Shown in pieces: positions 62,270 through 64,000 of a stretch of DNA of 64,000 nt. The stretch comes from Vicugna vicugna (lineage: Eukaryota), in the NCBI GenBank assembly GCA_013265495.1, contig MU057801.1:1605879-1669878 (forward strand). The letters run 5' to 3'. The translations under genes were made by a program, and so were the position numbers. Within the stretch, counting starts at the first letter, position 1; each line of letters opens with the position of its first letter. The notes beneath the pieces are model-generated. The model saw nothing but the letters and a program-made list of their open reading frames with translations. It was not told the DNA's origin and searched no databases.

Positions 62270-62860
62270 GAAGGCACGGTGAGCGCCTCCTCCAGAAAGG
62301 ACGGCGTCACCGCGGGGGAAGCCGCCCGCCGTCCTGGGACACGGCCACTTCTCAGGGGCCGCCGCGCAGACCGCCAGGAGGGGCGACAACGCCAAGGAAG
62401 CCGGGGATCAGGGCGGACGGGGGTGCGCCGCTTCAGCCCACTTCCGCCGTAAGCGCGAGCGCGCAGACAGTGACGCGCGCCGCTTGCCCCGTCCGCGCAG
62501 CGCGGCTCGGCGCGGACACCCGGCGCGCGGGACGCGTGGTGGCGGCGTTCGCGCTCGGGGGTGCGGCCCCGCTGCCTGCCCCACGACCGCGCAGCAAGAG
62601 AAAAAGAACCGGCCCACGCCGGGGGCGAGTCGGGAAAGGGTGCGAGCGTGTGAGCGGCCGTGAGGCGCTGCCTCCCGAAGGTCTGGCGGGGAGGATGGGG
62701 ACGCGTGTGCCTGCTGTCGTCACAGGTGCTTCGCAGAAAGCGCAATACGAGGGAGCGCGGACTCAGATAACACCCCGATCTCACACACGCTGCCTTAAGA
62801 CCTAGAGGTCATCGCGCCGAGTGACGTAGGTCGGGCAGAGAGAGACAAGTGTCACGTGAT
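62270..62860. promoter_or_regulatory. CpG island with promoter-type motifs
   Basis: Dense CpG; ETS-type CACTTCCG (62439-62446), CRE-like TGACGTA (62822-62828), E-box GTCACGTGAT (62851-62860). Confidence 0.55.
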
Positions 62861-62865
62861 GTCAC

Positions 62866-63415
62866 AGTTTATTTTCTATGTCTGTGAGTCTATTTCTGGT
62901 TTGTAGAACAATCTGAAACTTACTTTGTAAATCAACTTCAATAAAAAGTCAAATTTAAAAAAATCATATGGCATCACTTACTTGTGGAATCTAAAAACAT
63001 GACACAAATGAGCTTATTTACAAAACAGAAACAGACTCACAGACACAGAAAAGGAACTTATGGTCACCAAAGGGGAAACGGGGGGGGGGGCGGATACATT
63101 TGGAACCTGGGGTTAACAGACACGCACTCCTGTGTATAAAACAGGTGAGCGGCGCAGGGAGCCAGCTGTGTCCAGTATCTTGTAAAACCTCTAATGAAAA
63201 AGAACCTGGAAAAGAAATACACCCACATAAATAAATACTGTATTATATGTAAGTACACACCATGTGTTATATTTTAATGTATATTATAGATGTGTGTCTA
63301 CATATAATACAACATACCAATAATATATAAGACGGAATCACTGTGCTGTACACCCGAAACTAACACAACATTGTAAATCAACTAAACGGCAGTAAAAAAT
63401 AATTAGTTAAAAAAG
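62866..63415 (+). mobile_element. Cluster of L1 3' fragments (short inverted piece, a tail, then a longer 3' end)
   Basis: Antisense TTTATTTTCTATGTCTGTGAGTCTATTTCTG, then sense AAATCAACTTCAATAAAAA, then GACACAAATGAGCTTATTTACAAAACAGAAACAGACTCACAGAC...CACAACATTGTAAATCAACT. Confidence 0.85.
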
Positions 63416-63696
63416 ACATACTAGGTCATGTAGATCGAGTTCACTCCCAAGAAAGAACCCCTTTAACAGCATGACTTTGCTGAATCTGCTGAAGGTGGGC
63501 TGTGAACGGGACCTTCACCTTCACTGATCATTTGACAAGGTGGCTTGGATTCTTTTCTCCTGGGAAAGTAGACCTTGTACCTTCTCAGAAGGAGTTCCTT
63601 TTCTTTCCTTTTTAATTTTTTTTTGATGAGGAGAGCAGTGTCTGCATTAGTGGGTCAGCTCTGCTGCAGAGATGGTCTTAGGAAGAGGTGGCAGGA

Positions 63697-63828
63697 CCCT
63701 CCGACCACAGGAGGCCCTGTTCCTGCAGCATCTTGCAGCCCTCCGACCATGGGAGGCACCCCCGTTCCTGTAGCATCTTGAAGCCCTCCGACCACGGAAG
63801 GCATCCCTGCTCCTGCAGCAGCCTGAAT
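63697..63828. repeat. Minisatellite, 3 x 42-45 bp
   Basis: CCCTCCGACCA...TCCTG(C/T)AGCA units begin at 63697, 63739 and 63784. Confidence 0.9.
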
Positions 63829-64000
63829 CCCCACCTTCCTAATTATTGCTTCTCATCAGAAGGAACCATGTCCTTGGATCCCTGCCTTAATTGAGTTGAT
63901 GCTTACGAGGCATTGGACCAGGTTCAAAGACTGGAAGATTAGATACTTGTTTGTGCTTGGTTTTTCAGCTGGAGCATTCTGGATTTTCTCTGTTCAGCAT

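Noticed and set aside
63697..63828. CRISPR-like repeat-spacer appearance
   Set aside because: The inter-repeat segments are homologous to each other, the context is mammalian and there are no cas genes; it is a minisatellite.

Overview
Mammalian genomic DNA, most likely a camelid (camel/alpaca/llama). This is inferred from several tRNA-derived SINEs resembling the camelid Vic-1 type and from cetartiodactyl-style L1 3' ends. The window is GC-rich, largely non-coding and full of interspersed repeats: L1, L2, MIR, MLT1, ERV1 solo LTRs, hAT-Charlie, hAT-Tip100 and Tigger. It also has several CpG-rich patches, one of which contains a 38-N assembly gap. I could not recognise any known protein-coding gene; the ORF track looks like noise from GC-rich and repeat DNA. 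The notable structures are: (1) a near-identical 2.63 kb head-to-tail tandem duplication (30285-35564) whose few differences cluster centrally; (2) a decayed Zaphod/MER115-like hAT transposon with readable transposase motifs; (3) a solo LTR with a periodic CCAAT array, an octamer and a TATA box; (4) strong local A/T-to-G/C shifts in some repeat copies, suggesting GC-biased gene conversion; (5) a speculative phase-compatible two-exon ORF on the minus strand; (6) an AT-rich insert bounded by 12-bp direct repeats with a fold-back junction. I found no convincing evidence of a wholly new biological system. Repeat family names come from my recollection of consensus sequences, not from a database search.
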